Notes under the pieces: generated by a model
Told to the model about the DNA's origin: nothing
What the model saw: only the letters and a program-made list of their open reading frames with translations
Databases searched by the model: none
Source of the DNA: Malacoraja senta
Taxonomy: Eukaryota
Direction of reading: 5' to 3'
Length of the DNA stretch: 41,749 nt
Assembly (NCBI GenBank): GCA_038087875.1
Contig: JAXLNO010000461.1
Span: 62,001 to 103,749, forward strand
Shown here: positions 40,140 to 41,749 of the stretch, piece after piece
How the letters are laid out: every line of letters begins with the position of its first letter
Numbering within the stretch: the first letter of the stretch is position 1
Position numbers and translations under genes: made by a program

Positions 40140-40787
40140 GATGCAGACCATCAGGCCCTGGGGATTTATCAGCCTTCAGTCCCAACAGTCTACCCAACAC
40201 CATTTCCTGCCTAATGAGGATTTCCTTCAGTTCCTCCGTCACCCCAGATCCTCTGGCCACTAGTACATCAGGAAGATTGTTCGTGCCCTCCTTAGTGAAG
40301 ACGGATCCAAAGTAGTTATTCAACCCATCTGCCATTTCCTTGTTCCCCATCATAAATTCACCCTTTTTCAGTCTTCAAGGGTCCAACTTTGGTCTTAACT
40401 ATTTTTTTCCTCTTCACATACCTAAAGAAGCTTTTACTATCCTGCTTTATATTCATGGCTAGCTTACCTTCGTACCTCATCTTTTCTCACCGTATTGTCT
40501 TTTTGGTTATCTTCTGTTGTTCTGTAAACATTACCCAATCCTCTGGCTACCCGCTCATCTTTGCTACGTTGTACTTCTTCTCTTTTATTTTTATACTGTC
40601 CCTGACGTCCCTTGTCATCCACGGTCGCCCCTTACTCCCCTTGGAATCTTTCTTCCTCTTTGGAATGAACTGATCCGGCACCTGCTGTATTATTCCCAGA
40701 AATACCTGCCATTGTTGTTCCACTGTCATCCCTGCTAGGGTATCTTTCCAGTCAACTTTGGCCAGCTCCTCCCTCCCTCATGGCTCC
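40140..40787 (-). mobile_element. Internal CR1 ORF2 fragment downstream of GPCR copy B
   Basis: Same endpoints and same lesions as 33233-33881. Confidence 0.9.
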
Positions 40788-40853
40788 GGCGGTGAATGTC
40801 AGGAGCCCGAGCCCGGAGCGGAGAGACTGCGTCCGCCTCTGGGATGGATGGGC

Positions 40854-41749
40854 TCAGGGCGCGGATTTATTCATGAGCCGAAGCATTGAGGTGAGCGGAT
40901 ATTTCACCGCGCTCTTCAACCGCTCCCTGAACTTGGACTAGGTCGCCGCGTAAATAAATGTGTTCGTGGAGCAGCTGAGATTCTTCAGCAAATATCCGAC
41001 GTTGTTAAAGCTAAATTGAGAATCATTCCGATCATTTCCAACTCCTGTGATCTGATAATAGACGAAGTTTACAACCAGCGTCAGCCACAGGAGGATGAAG
41101 CTGCCGGAGATGGTGAAGAGTAAAACTACAGACCTCTTCCTGCTCTCCATCTCCGGGTCACTGCGGTTCTCCCCCTTGCTTTCACCCCTCAGCCCCTTAC
41201 GGACCCGACTGGCCACTAAAATGTGTTGGACTGTCAGAGCGTTGAGCAGCAGGATTACAGCGAAAGGGAGGCACGGAGTTGAAACCGTGTCGATCCAGTC
41301 AAATGCCATCCACCTGGGGTCAGAGAAATAACTGTCCACCGGGACACAGCCCCACGGGACATTGTCGATGATTCTTTCGGGTTCCCGTGTGAAGTAGCGG
41401 GGAACGTTTTTAAGGCAGAGCAGAACGCCGGCTGTTGCCAGAACCGCAGCCGCAGTTTTCCCGGTGCAATATTTAGTTTTCAGCTTCTGGCAACAAATGG
41501 CGACAAACCGATCAAAGGTGAAAGTGACGGTGAACCAGACAGAACAGTCTGTAGCTGCAAACGTCACTACATCGATAACACTGCACACAGGGTAGATGGT
41601 CAGGAAACTCCAATAAAATAATGTAATCGGATCCAATACAAAATGGCTGCGGTAATTAGCGTCAGTAGATCGGCCGCTGCCATAGCCAGCGGGTAGCGAG
41701 TGGTGCAGGTGGAGAGGCCGCACTTTCCCCGGGACAGGATCACAATCCG
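40854..41749 (-). pseudogene. Orphan class A GPCR (GPR139/GPR142-like family) copy B, exon 2; 5' end outside the window
   Basis: Reads IVILSRGKCGLSTCTTRY..AMAAADLL, TFDRFVAICC, LPFAVILLLN, ENRSDPEMES, SCSTNTFIY. There is a 1-bp deletion near 41615 relative to copy A, a CAG>TAG at 40938-40940, and the in-frame natural TGA at 40854-40856. Confidence 0.9.

Noticed and set aside
40938..41723. Assigning the symbol gpr139 or calling an intact CDS
   Set aside because: The ORF's first ~35 aa are in the wrong frame, it ends at a premature stop, and it looks like a member of an expanded paralog family whose orthology I cannot establish.

Overview
Eukaryotic (vertebrate) repeat-dense DNA, most likely from a cartilaginous fish. 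That assignment is an inference from the CR1/L1/Rex1 repertoire and the GPR139-like receptor family. No prokaryotic genes, RNA genes or CRISPR arrays are supportable. Layout: 14.7 kb of a CpG-rich 25-bp satellite with higher-order repeats (1-14763); a Gypsy-type 3' LTR + PPT; a second 25/22-bp satellite split by a Rex1/Babar LINE; a long CR1 LINE with a nested inverted copy of its own 3' end; a 27/29-bp satellite; then a two-exon class A orphan GPCR gene. Its exon 2 is broken by an inverted (twin-primed-like) L1 and a CR1 fragment. After it come a second LTR copy, a ~3.9 kb (TCTG)/(CCTG) array, an RTE-X-like fragment, and a second, inverted GPCR paralog duplicated together with a shared CR1 fragment. 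Both receptors look like pseudogenes. The most interesting signal is that the two paralogs differ almost only by amino-acid-changing substitutions in outer TM3 and ECL2, while their intracellular loops are nearly identical. This suggests a diversifying, birth-and-death receptor repertoire. Most ORFs in the supplied track are artefacts of tandem repeats or antisense LINE sequence.
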